64,000 nt of DNA from Chiloscyllium plagiosum (Eukaryota). Both the position numbers and the translations under genes were made by a program. The notes beneath the pieces are model-generated. The model was not told the origin of the DNA, made no database searches, and saw nothing but the letters and a program-made list of their open reading frames with translations. Each line of letters begins with the position of its first letter. Within the stretch, counting starts at the first letter, position 1. Shown piece after piece: positions 12,757 to 24,450 of this stretch. The DNA lies in contig NC_057719.1 in NCBI RefSeq assembly GCF_004010195.1, positions 14,727,849-14,791,848 on the forward strand. Reading direction: 5' to 3'.

Positions 12757-13015
12757 CAGATGGTGGAATATGAATTCAATAAATACATGGAATTAAGAAT
12801 CTAATGATGACCATGAACCTATTGCTGATTGTCATTTAAAACCCATCTGGTTCACTAATGCCCTTTAGGGAAGAAAACTGCTGTCCTCATCTGGCCTACA
12901 TGTGACTCCAGACCTACAACGATGTAGTTGACTCTTAACTGCTCTCTGGCCAATAAGGGATGGGCAATAAATGCTGCCTAGCCAGACACACCCTTATGCC
13001 ATGAACGAATAAAGA
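12757..13015 (+). mobile_element. tRNA-SINE family 2, 5'-truncated
   Basis: cccatctggttcactaatgccctttagggaag...gatgggcaataaatgctg; A-rich end. Confidence 0.8.
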
Positions 13016-13944
13016 AAAAGAAACATTAAATCTCTCTTTCATGAGCCTTAGTACTTAGCCAAGTGTTAATTGACATCTTTTCAACAGAATGTTTCAATTT
13101 GCCAGCGTTGGCCTTATTACATGAATATATTCTTTTAAAAAATCAACACTTATCGATTAACTGAATTGTCACAGCATGAAGTATTTTACTACGTGTATGT
13201 TAAAACCAACGTCAGAAAAAAAGAAAATCTCTTGGTGTTGGAAGATGCCCAACCAGAAACAGAAATTTAATTGGAAGAATCTTGGAGAAGTTCTGATGCT
13301 GGCCTACAGGTAGGGTGTTGACCTCATTGACGAGGTCCTCAACTCGCTGCCACACGACTGGTGACTGTCAGGAACATAATCGAAAGGAGAGCTGACATGT
13401 CATCTGATCATCCCTTGAGTTCAGTTTTTAAGGTGTAGCCAATCTTTACTGACAACACCATCAGGGCATTACAAAACTGTACTGCAAAGATTAAATTTGC
13501 ATTTTGGGTGACTTTAATTGAACTTCAACAAGAGCCAACCTAAAAGAAATTGCTGTACTTTAACAGAGCAAATGTCATTCATCAGAATTATTGCATACTG
13601 CTCGTTAAGGCTTTGAGATATGTCTTGTTAGCCGCAAACAATGTGTGGTCTCCAGGAATTAAGAATCCTTGAGAGAAAATCAAAATACTTCTACCTCTCA
13701 CTGAAGTTCCAAAGTATTAATACCACTGTGAAACTAAGTTGGGAATATTCCTGATGGTCATTTGTCTTTACTCAGGTTCTCCTTTTAAAGGGCTTCCATC
13801 AAATAAGTGAAGCTGGATGACACAATTCATAAAATTCCGTCCAATAATAGTGAACAAAATGAAGACTATTTTTTACAAAAATCCTCACTTCCATTGGATT
13901 GGTCCACACTTGGTGTTGACGAGATGTGTCGTTTTTAAAAAATA

Positions 13945-16075
13945 ATTCATGGGCATGTATGCATCACCGGCATCATTTACTGGTCATTCCCTAATTGTCC
14001 AGGAGATGATGGTGGTGAGCTGCAGCATCTATGAGCTGTACCCACAATGCTGTTAGGGAGGGTATTCCAGGACATTAACCCAGCGACACTGAAGACAAGG
14101 TGATCCAGCTCCATGTCAAGATGGTGAGTGGCTGGGAGGGTACCTTGCAGAGGATGGTGTTCCCATGTATCTGCTGCCTTGGTCCTTTTAGGTGATAGAG
14201 GTTTCAGGTTGTTGAAGGAGGCTGAGTGAGTCTTGTATATGGTACATACTGCTGCCAGAGTGCATTAGTGCCAGAGAAAATGAATGTTGAAGCTATTAGA
14301 TGGGCTGCCAATCAAGCAGCCAGCTTGGTCCTGGATGTTTTCAAGTTTTTTAAGTGTTGTTGGAACAGGCCCCATCCAGGCAAGTGGGGAGTATTCCAAT
14401 ATCCTCCTGACCTGTGCCTTGTAGATGGTGGACAGGCTTTGGGGAGTCAGAAGATGACACTGCTCTGATCTGCTTTTGTAGCTATATGGCGAGGAGAAAC
14501 TGAGGACTGCAGATGCTGGAGATCAGAGTCAAAGAGTGTGGTGCTGGAAAAGCACAGCCAGTCAGGCAGTATCCGAGGAGCAGGAGAGTCAACATTTCGA
14601 GCATATGCTCTTCATCAGGAATGGAGGGGAGCTGAGACATAAATGGGAAGGGTGGTGCTGGGTGGAAGGTAGCTAAGAATGCAATAGGTAGATAAAGGTG
14701 GGAGGTGATGGCGATAGGTCGGAGTGGATAGGTGGGAAGGGAGATGGAAAGGTAGGGCAGTTCAAGAGGGTGGTGCTGAGTTAGAGGATAGGATTTGGAA
14801 TAAGGTGGAGGGAGGGGACATGAAGAAACTGATGAAATCAACATTGATCCCATGTGGTTGGATGGTCCCAAGACGGAAGATGATGCATTCTTTCTCCAGG
14901 CATTGGGTGGCTAGAGTTTGGCAATGGAGGTGGCCAAGGAATTGCATGTCCTTGGTGGAGTGAGAGGGGAAGTTGAAGTGTTCGGCTACATGGCAGTGGG
15001 GTTGATTGGTACTTGTGTTCTAGAGATGTTCTTTGAAACATTCCACAAGTTGGTGACCTGTCTCTCCAATGTAGAGGACACCACATCAAGAGCAACAGAC
15101 ATAGTAGATGACATGTGTGGATGTACAGGTAAATCTTAGTCGAATGTGGAAGGATCCTTTGGGGCCTTAGATGGAGGTGAGGGGAGAGGTGTGTGTGCAG
15201 GTTTTGCAATTCCTGTGGTGGCAGGGGAAGGTGCTGGGAATGGACAGTGTGTTGGTGGGGGTGCATGGACCTAACAAGGGAGTCACGGAAAGAATGGTCT
15301 CTAAGGAACACAGATAGGCGTGGGGAGGGAAATATATCCCTGGTGGTGGGGTCTGTTTGTAGGTGACAGAAGTGGCAGGGGATGATGTATTGTATCCAGA
15401 GGTTGGTGGAAGGAAAGATGAAGACCGTTATGGGAGGGGATCTGTCCTTGTTGCGATTGAAGGGATAGGGTTCAATGGCAGAGGTGCATGAAGTGGAGGA
15501 GATGTGCTAAAGGACATCATTAACAACATGGGAGGGGAAATTGTGGTCTTTGAAGGAGGATGCCATCTGGTATGTTCTGTGGTGGAATTGGTCCTCCTGG
15601 AAGCAGATGTGGCAGAGGCAGAGGAATTGGGCATAAGGAATAACGTTTTTACAGGAAGCAGGGTGGGAGGACGTACAGTCCAGGTAACTGTGGGAGTCAG
15701 TGGGTTTGAAGTATATGTTCGTGTTGAGTCAGTCTTCCTTCTCCCACTCCACCAAGGACATGCAAGTCCTTGGCCTCCTCCACCGCTAAACTCTAGCCAC
15801 CCAATGCCTGGAGGAAGACTCATCTTCCCCTTTGGGACCCATCAACCACACGAGATCAATGTCAATTTCACCAGTTTCCTCATTTCCTCTGCCCCCACCT
15901 TATCCCAGACCCAACCCCCTGACTCGGCACCGCCCTCTTGAACTGTCCTACCTAGCCATATGGCAAGTCCAGTTCAGTTTCTGGACAATGTTAACCCCCA
16001 AGATGTTGATAATGGGGCATTCAGTGAAGCCAATGCTATTAAATATCAAGGAGATTGTTGGATTCTCTTTTGTTG
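13945..16075 (-). mobile_element. Family B LINE fragment hosting a PLE insertion
   Basis: 13945-14490 and 15953-16075 are collinear with 7815-8750. Confidence 0.7.
14491..15952 (-). mobile_element. PLE (RT C-terminus, GIY-YIG, pLTR and tail) with an inverted 5' segment 15735-15952
   Basis: Minus peptides KECIIFRLGTIQPHGINVDF and FLRDHSFRDSLV; near-perfect TSD tagcYatatggc at 14479-14490 and 15953-15964. Confidence 0.88.
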
Positions 16076-16370
16076 AAATAAAACAAAGAACTGTGGATGC
16101 TGGATACCTGAAATAAAAACAGGTCAGGCAGCATCTGTGGGAAGAAAGCATGGTCAACATTTTGAATCCAGTAACCCTTTTTTAGAACAGTTCTGATGAA
16201 GTGACACCAGACGTAAAATGTTAACCACTAGCCCAGCATTAAATCCATCAATTTTCTTCCTTTCTTCACGTCTGAAGAAGAGGCAGATTTGACGTGAAAT
16301 AAGAATTCTATTTCTCGTTCCTCAGATGCTGCCAGACCTGCTGAATATTTTCAACACTGTCAGCTTTTAT
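16075..16370. mobile_element. Degraded inverted PLE termini (second family) with hammerhead remnants
   Basis: caggtcaggcagcatctgtggg versus ctcagatgctgccagacctg; gttctgatgaag...aaaatgttaac. Confidence 0.6.
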
Positions 16371-17244
16371 CTGAGGGAAGGGCCAAGTGTTGTTTCAATG
16401 AGTTATTGCTGACTGTGTTTAACAATCACTGAGTTGCTTCAAACAAACATTGTAGGAATTCTGGTCAGGAAGTTGGGAAGTGGCATGTTAATGGGAAACT
16501 AAATTATACATGTAACCGAGAGAAATCAACAAGGGAATGATTAGAGAAGGAAGTGGGAGAAGTCTAGTTTTCTTTTAAAATCCATGCCTTGTAAAAGGGC
16601 AAGGGTCAATAAGCTGGAATTGGACTAACATATACACAATGGACGTTCTGTGAAAGACCCCATGTTACAAATATTGTGACACATGTCCCATTCCCCCAGT
16701 GGTTTGAGTTGCCAAATTCAGCTCATGGATCTTGGGCTGTAGTTCATATTTTAATTTAATTTGTATTTTCATTTCCTTGCACAGTATTCTTTGGGGGTGA
16801 GGTGGGAGGCTGAAAATCAGCTCAAGGGGATTGCAATGGACTATTAAACCTGGCCTGCTTGCTTGCATGCAGACAACCTGAAAGGTTTGCGCTGCCTATG
16901 ACGATTACAGCTTTCTGTCCAGGACTAGATGCACTCCTGAGTGACTGCGCCCCTCAGCAAGGGGCTCAAGTATGTGTGAGGCTGGCATGAGTTAAAAATC
17001 ACAGAACTGCCATAGTATAGAAAGAAGACATTTGGCCCATCATGTTTGCACTGTCTCTGAGTATTTTAGTTTAGCACCAATCTCCTGCCTTATTCCCACA
17101 GTTCCTGCAGCCCGTCCTATTTAAATATTCATCCAATGCCCTCTTGAATGCCTTAATTGAACCTGTCTTCACCACATTAACATACATTCCAGATTCTAAC
17201 AGCTTGCTGAGTGAAAAAAGGATGTTTGAGTTTCAGTTTCAGTT

Positions 17245-17810
17245 TGATTTATTGTTGTCCCATGTACTGAGATATAGTGGAAAGTGTTGTTTTGCACACT
17301 ATACAGGCAGATTGTACCATACAAATTGCATCGGGGTAGCAGAATAGAACACAGAATACAATGTTACAGCTGCAGAGAAGGTGCAGAGAGAGATCAGAGT
17401 TAACATTTGTGAAGTCCATTCAAAAGTCTGATAATAGCAGGGAAGAAGCTGTTCTTGAATCTGTTCGTACATGTTTTCAAACTTTTATATCTTCTGCTCG
17501 ACGATAGAGGAGTATAACCAGAGTGCGAGGGGGCTTTGATTATGCAACCAGCTTTCCTGAGGCAGTGGGAAGTATAGATGGAGTCAATGGATGGAAGGCT
17601 AGTCTGTGTGATGGACTGGGCTGTGTTCATGACTCTGTAATTTCTTGCCATTTTGGGAAGAGCAGTTGCTGTTCCAACCTGTGATACACCCAGACAGAAC
17701 ACTTTCTATGGTACAACTATAAAAATTGATAAGAGTCTTTGTGGACACGTTGAATTTCCTTAGCCTCCTGAGGAAGCAGAGACATTGATGTGCTTTTTCT
17801 CACATTGCAT
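17245..17810 (-). mobile_element. Rex1/Babar-type LINE 3' fragment, inside an old CR1 (about 17000-18180)
   Basis: Minus ORF 17400-17702: LPSIDSIYTSHCLRKA...RRYKSLKTCTNRFKNSFFPAIIRLLN. Confidence 0.8.
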
Positions 17811-18408
17811 TTGCTTCTTATGCAAAACACTTTAAAACTGTGCCCTATGGTTGTCAGTCCATTTCTGAGTGGGAACAGTTTCTCCCCTATTCATTGTATT
17901 CAGACCCCTCACGACTTTGAAACCTTCTGTCAAAAGTCCTCTTAGCCTTCCCACTCTCCAGTGGAAACAGCCCCAACTCATCCAATCTTCCTCATAATCT
18001 TTCCTTATGTCTCATAACTGGAACCATGCTTGAAAACTTCTTCTGGACTGTCTCCGATGCAGGTATATCCTTCCTACAACGTGGTACCCAGAACTGCACA
18101 CAATAGACCAGCTGAGGTTAATCAGTGTCTTGTGGAAGTTCTGCTCTTGTGCTTTATGTCCCTATTAATGAATACTGTACACCTTATTAACACAAAGTCA
18201 AAATACTGTTGATGCTACAAATCTGTGGAGAAAGTAACAGAATGAAGATTTTGAGTCAAATATGACTGTTTCAAAAATGGAGGTGGTTGGAAGATTGTGT
18301 TATTAATGCTGTAAACAAAGGGGCAATTGGAACAGGCTGTATGGGGTTCAGAAACAAAGACAACAGAGTTGCCGATGGTAGTAAAGTGAAGATAGGATGC
18401 AAGAAATG

Positions 18409-18532
18409 TCTGTGTGTATGTGCGTTTGTGCATGTGTGTGTCTGCGTGTGTGTGTCTGTATGTCTGCGTGTCTGCATGTGTGTGTGTGTGTCTGTGTGTC
18501 TGCGTGCAAGTGTCTGCATGTGTGTGTATGTG
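18409..18532. repeat. Compound (TG)n microsatellite
   Basis: Direct reading. Confidence 0.95.
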
Positions 18533-18711
18533 TTGGAGGGGAAAAGCTAGGGTGTCGTCAGTAGGATCTTCTTTTTCCAAATCTGCTTGATACGAAGACC
18601 AACATACCATTTGCCTTTCGAATTCCTTGCTATACTCGCACGCTAACTTTTAGTGACTCATGGATCAAGGTCAAAATCTTTTGGATTCCCACACACTTCT
18701 CAAACTTTCAT

Positions 18712-19220
18712 CATGTTGTGAAATTTGAAAGTTTTCAGAAAAGATTTACAAGGATGTTGCCAGGGTTGGAGCGTTTGAGCTATAGGGAGAGGCTGAGTAG
18801 GCTGGGGCTGTTTTCCCTGGAGCACAGAAGCTGAGGGGTGACCTTATAGAGATTTATAAAATCATGAGGGGTATGGATAAGGTAAATAGATAATGTCTTT
18901 TCCCTGGGGTAGGGGAGTTCAAAACCAGAGGGCATATGTTTAAGGTGAAAGGGAAAATATTTAAAATGGAGCGAAGGAGCAAGTTTTTCACACAGAGGTT
19001 GGTGCATGTGTGGAATGAGCAGCCAGAGGAAGTGATGGAAGCTGGTACAATTACAACATTTAAAAGGCATCTGGATGGCACATGAATAGGAAGGGTTTAA
19101 TGGGATATGAGCCAAGTGCTGGTAAATGGTACTAGAATAATTTAGATATCTGGTTGACATGGATGAGTTGGACCGAAGGTGCTGTTTCTGTGCTGTTCAT
19201 CTCTATGACATTGTGACCTA
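18712..19220 (+). mobile_element. CR1 3' fragment
   Basis: RT C-terminus and 3' UTR homologous to 2745-3134. Confidence 0.92.
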
Positions 19221-19309
19221 TTTATGAGATATTCTGCTTTTCTGGGTTTTTTTTACCTCAGTGAATAACTTCATACTTGTTAAGTTTTATTCCATTTGCC
19301 ATTGGAAGG

Positions 19310-19850
19310 ACAAATAAGATGCTGGCCTTCATTGCAAGGGGATTTGGGTAGAGGGGTAAAGATGCATTGCTGCAGTTGTATGGCATCTTGATGATGTCAC
19401 ACCTGGATTATTATGTTCCGTCTGCATCTTACAATTGTCTTGGTGATGCGTCATCTAAAGATCTTGGAATGTTCCCTTTTTTTTTCTGAAGCAGGGATGT
19501 ACTTGTTACAGAGAGAGTGTAATGAACGTTCACCAGATTAACTCTTGGGATGGCAAGATTGCATTAGAAGGAGAGATCGGGAAAACTGAGTTTTTATCTA
19601 GAGTTTGCAAGAATGTAAGTTGGTTTCATTGAAACTTACAAAACTCTTACAGGACATTACAGGGTGGATAGAGATAGGATGCTTCCCCTCGCTGGTAACT
19701 CTACAACCAGGGTGATAACCTCAGAACAAGGGGCAGGCTATTTAAGGAGAAATGTCTACATTTGAAGGCTAGTGGATCTTTGGAATTCTTTATGCCAGAC
19801 GACTGTGGATAATTGATTATTAAGCAAGCTCAAGACAAAACCCAATGAAT
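19310..19850 (+). mobile_element. Old CR1 fragment (second CR1 family)
   Basis: gatgctggccttcattgcaagggg...gttcaccagatt...gaaacttacaaaa. Confidence 0.7.
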
Positions 19851-19886
19851 AGAAAGGTAGATAATTGTTTGCACCTTTTTATCTGA

Positions 19887-20245
19887 GGTGGCACTGTGGC
19901 TCAGTGGTTAGCACTGCTGCCCACAGCACCAGGGACCTGGGTTTGATTTGATTCCAGCCTCAGGCGACTGTCTGTGTGGAGTTTGCACATTCTCCCCTTG
20001 TCGGAGTAGGTTTCCTCCGGGTGCTCCGGTTTCCTTCCACAATCCAATGATGTGCAGATTAGGTAAATTGGCCATGCTAAATTGCCTGTAGTGTTCAGGG
20101 ATGTGTAGGTTAGGTGCATTAGTCAGGGGTAAATATAGAGTCGGAGGGGAATGGGTTTGGGTGGGATACTTTTCAGGGGGTCAGTGTGAACTTGTTGAAC
20201 CTGTTTCCTGTTTCCACACTGTAAGGATTCTATGATACTATGATT
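19887..20245 (+). mobile_element. HE1-type V-SINE
   Basis: A/B-box head; V-domain tgtgtggagtttgcacattctcccc; tail ttctatgatactatga. Confidence 0.92.
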
Positions 20246-20279
20246 ACTTTAATAACCGTAGATTGCGGAGAAGGAAAGG

Positions 20280-20968
20280 AAATGAAACCTGGGTGTCCTT
20301 GTTTACCAGTCGCTGAAAGTAAGTGTGCAGGTGCAGCAGCCAGTAGAGAAGGTAAACTGTGTGTTGGCCTTCACAGCCAGAGGATTTAACTACAGGCACA
20401 AAGATGTTTGCTGCCATTATACAGGGCATTGGTGAGTCCATATCTGGAATATTGTGCGTGGTTTATCTGAGGAAGGATGTTCTTGATATAAAGGGAGTGC
20501 AGCGCAAGTTTAACAAATTGATACCTGGGATGACAGGACTGACATATGAGGAGAGATTTTGTCAGCTAGGATTGTATTCACTGGAGCTTAGAAGAATGAG
20601 GGGTGATCGCATAGAATCCTAATTGGACCAGACAGGTTAGCCACAGGAGGGATGTTACCAATGGTGGGGAGTCTAGAAGCCAGGGTCACAGCTTAAGGGT
20701 AGTTTAAACTTGTTTAGACTGAGGTGAGGAGAAATTTCTTCACCCAGAGATGGTGAACTTGTGGAATTCATGATCACAGAAAGTGGTTGAGGCCGAAACA
20801 TTGTGTTTCCAAGAAAGAGATAGATGTAACTCTTGTGACTAAAAGATGGGGTGGGGGTGCTAGGACTAGGGTACTGACCTCAGTGATCAGCTATGAACGT
20901 AATAACTGGCAGAGCAGGCTCAAGGGGTTAAATGGCCTACTCCTGATATTTTCTCCTATGTTTCTATG
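20280..20968 (+). mobile_element. CR1 3' fragment (second family)
   Basis: ORF 20359-20622 LRKDVLDIKGVQRKFNKLIPGM...LYSLELRRMRGD; tail cctatgtttctatg. Confidence 0.85.
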
Positions 20969-22409
20969 AATTTCTGAAGAATACTGACATTCAGGGATAG
21001 TGCAGAAAACATGTATCTGAAGAATTAATAATAGAAAGTAGAAAGATGGCAGATGAACTGAACATGTATTGTGCATTAGCCATTACCATGACAAGCTCAT
21101 CCAACAGTTCTAGATTATACCCTAAACTCTAATTTTATTTTTTATCTCCGTTTCTACCACAGTGTACTTCCTATTGTCTCCTACCTCAAATGTGAAATGT
21201 AGCTGATGTTAAATTAATGACATAATGTGTGAATACATTTTTGCTCTGAAGTTGCTCCATTGTGCACTGTTGCTGGCTCATATCGACCTAAAGAAAGCTA
21301 AAAGTTTCTTAATTTTAAAAAAAAGCAAAAAGCTTTTGTCATTGGTTTTGCTGCAATGCACCTGGTTGAGATGTTGAATTTAGGACCAATCAAATCATGA
21401 ACGAGGTTATTAAATTGGTAATTTAATTTCCACAGACCTCCTGTCTCAAAGGCAGGATGTTTCATTAGCCTCTGGCTACTTCTGGCTGTTGATAGCATAA
21501 CGAGGTGAATCTTCAGAGAGCTCTGTGTGTCCTTTCAGTAGTTCTTAAACATGTTGTTGGGTGAAGAATAAAGGCCGCAGGTTTGATCCTTGTTTTCGGA
21601 TTATATTATCTGATTGTTGTTAGGGAGTATAACTGTCGTCGGCACTCTTGGGTTCAGGGTGGGAAATAGCCTCCAGCTTTAATGGTCCCTATCCTGTCAT
21701 CACTGCTGAGATTGTGCTCAACTGTTAAGCACCAATTACCCCAATTGACCATGAGTCAACACTCATAGATTGCATCTGGTGAGTGGTTGCCTGAACCATA
21801 AGCACCATGAGTCCATTACCCTCCCAAGAAAAGATGATAAAGTTTGGAAAAAAGGAGAAAAAAAAAATCAAAACTGCAAAACCTAAAGAAAAATAATGTC
21901 GCAGAAAGGCTTTTCAATTTTTGACCTTTCAGCACAATGCTAAGAATGCAGGTTACAGGGTCAAGAACAGCAATTGCACATGGCCATACACAATATGGAG
22001 ATTCTTCCCTCAAACAAAGATGCAACAGTTCACTTACAGTGTGGAGCTCCAAATGTAAAGAGGCTGTTCAAAAGCAGCCTCTGTCAGCACTTCAATTTGT
22101 CATCCGTTAACCAGTACATCAATGTGAATTTTTGTATTTCTCCTGTTCACTCTCACAATCTTTAGTTAAAAATAGACTCTGAAAGGGAGTATCTCAGAAT
22201 TTCTCACACGTCCCACAGCTATAAAAATTTTAATGTGAGTAAAGTTTCTGTGCTCTCCATAACAATTAGGTTGGAGCATTTACTGATGCTATCGAAGGGG
22301 TGTCTTTTTATGACATTCTACAGAGTGCTGTGTACAGGCATTCAATCTGTAACCACTAAAAACCTGCTCGAATTCTCAGTTTTCATAAGTAAATTAACAG
22401 CCAAGACCT

Positions 22410-22518
22410 TTAAAGGGTCAGTTAGACTCGAAACGTCAGCTCTTTTCTCTCCTTACAGATGCTGCCAGACCTGCTGAGATTTTCCAGCATTTTCTCTTTT
22501 GGCTTCAGATTCCAGCAT
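22410..22518 (+). mobile_element. PLE terminal fragment (second family) with partial hammerhead core
   Basis: aagggtcagttagactcgaaacgtc...cagatgctgccagacctgctgag...ccagcatctgcagt. Confidence 0.75.
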
Positions 22519-22884
22519 CTGCAGTAATTTGCTTTTAACCAAAACTTATGAGTTCTCTCGTGTCCCATCACAGTGGGGCAATGTAATATAGGACAGACCT
22601 CTTTGTTTTTGCACTTTGCACTGGGGGCTATATGAGATATCAGGCAATAAATATAAAACTCTCAGCTATCATTTTCAGGTTAGAACCAATAGTTCAGAAG
22701 AAATGATAGAATGAAAGTGGAATATAGTAGCGTGGTCTGCCTATGCTGGCATTTCCAAATTCAAAGACTCAGAACATGAGGGGAGTAAGCTGAGGTGCAA
22801 CATAATTTGTGGGGTGCAGGCCCAGTAAATAGTTGCTAAATCTCCACTGAACATTTTGACTCCCCACTGAACAAAGAGTTCAAG

Positions 22885-23738
22885 GACATTATAACAAGGA
22901 TTTGGGTTGGACTACCATTTGGGTCAATGGGCTGAAATATTACAGCTGGAGTCCAATCTGGATATGTGCAAGGTATTGCATTTTGTTAAAAAAAAACAGA
23001 GGTAGGATTTATACAATTAATGGTAGGGCCTTGGGCGGTGTTGTAGAGCAGAGAGATCTAGGGGTTCAGGAGCATAATTCTTTAAAGTTTGTGTTACATA
23101 AAGAGAGGGTGGTTAAAAAGGCATTTGGCACAGTTGCCTTCATTGCTGAGTCCTCTGAGTATAGGAGTTGAGAAGTCATGTTGAGGTTGTACAGACATTG
23201 ATGAGGCCTCTTCTGGATTACTATGTCCAGTTCTGGTCGCCCTTATAAGAAGAATATTATTAAGCTGGAGAGGGTTTGGAAAGGGTTTACAAGGATGTTA
23301 CTGGGTATGGAGAGTTTGAGTTATAAGGAAAGGCTGAATAGGCTGGGACATTTTCACTGGGGCATGCGAGGTTTAGAGGTGACCTTACAGAGGTTTATAA
23401 AATCATGAAGGATATAGATCAGATTAATGGTGGGTAGCTTTTACCTAGGATGGGGGATTTCAAGACTAGAGGACACTTTTTTAAGGTGAGAAGAGAGAGA
23501 TTTAAAAATAACATGAGGGCAATTTTTTTCCACAGAGGGTAGTTCACGTGTGGAATGAACTTCCTGAGAAAGTGGTGGATGTGGACACAATTAGACATTT
23601 AGATATGTATATGAATAGGAAGGATTTGGAGGGATATGGACCAGAGCAGGCAGGTGGGACTAGTTTAGTTTGGGATTCTGTTCGGCATGGACTGTTGGAC
23701 TGAAAGGTCTATTTCTCTCTGACTCTATGATTCTATGA
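22885..23738 (+). mobile_element. CR1 3' fragment
   Basis: EQRDLGVQ and LERVWKGFTRML peptides; ctctatgattctatga tail. Confidence 0.9.
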
Positions 23739-24254
23739 CCTCCTCAAGTAATGGCCAAAGTGTCTGAGTACAAGAAATACCTGTTTTAAGCATCTGCTCA
23801 CAGTGGTGTTACTCCTGTCCGTCCAATGCTGATGAACGGGCCCCTCTCTGAGCCTGTAAATTCCATGTACGTTGCCACCAAAGGGCACAGTCAGCTAGGA
23901 TCCTTGCACAAATGCTGAGATTGGGCCACTTCAAAGATGGAGGTGTTCTGTTTAGTTGGACGATGATACCTTCCCTCACCCTCTGACTTTGTACATCCCA
24001 GAAACCACACTAAACCAAACCCTCTCCTGCTCGAATTTCCTCACTGAGGACAAATTTCTTGAACTATTTCAGAATCCAGCTACTGCCTGATTTCGATGGG
24101 GTGAGGGAGTGGAGCAGAGATGTAACATTGGAAAATTTTGGATGAACTCCCATTCCCTTCGACCCCTTCCCCCCTGATTCATTGTGTTTAGAATTTCTGT
24201 GTTAACATGTAACAGAATCAAAATGGTGGGTGAAACTGGCCGACTTGAGATCTT

Positions 24255-24271
24255 GTGCCACCTAGTGGCGA
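24255..24271 (-). promoter_or_regulatory. Candidate CTCF site
   Basis: Minus strand TCGCCACTAGGTGGCAC matches the core CCASYAGRKGGCRS; motif match only. Confidence 0.4.
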
Positions 24272-24450
24272 AAGGCTTATAAGTACAGTGTGACAATAAA
24301 TAAGATTTTGTCATTCAAAAATGTTGACATGGGGTTTTACCATTACAAAGGCTGACATTAATTCTGTCACACAAATATCAGACAATGGAAAATATAGTTA
24401 AAATGGGCATGAAATGAATGGGGTATACAAGACAAGAATGGGGTATACAA

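Noticed and set aside
18215..18610. His/Thr- or Cys/Val-rich ORFs (also 54992-55418)
   Set aside because: Translations of (CA)n/(TG)n microsatellites
21436..21505. Possible small exon after ttccacag
   Set aside because: One open frame but no recognisable peptide and a weak donor
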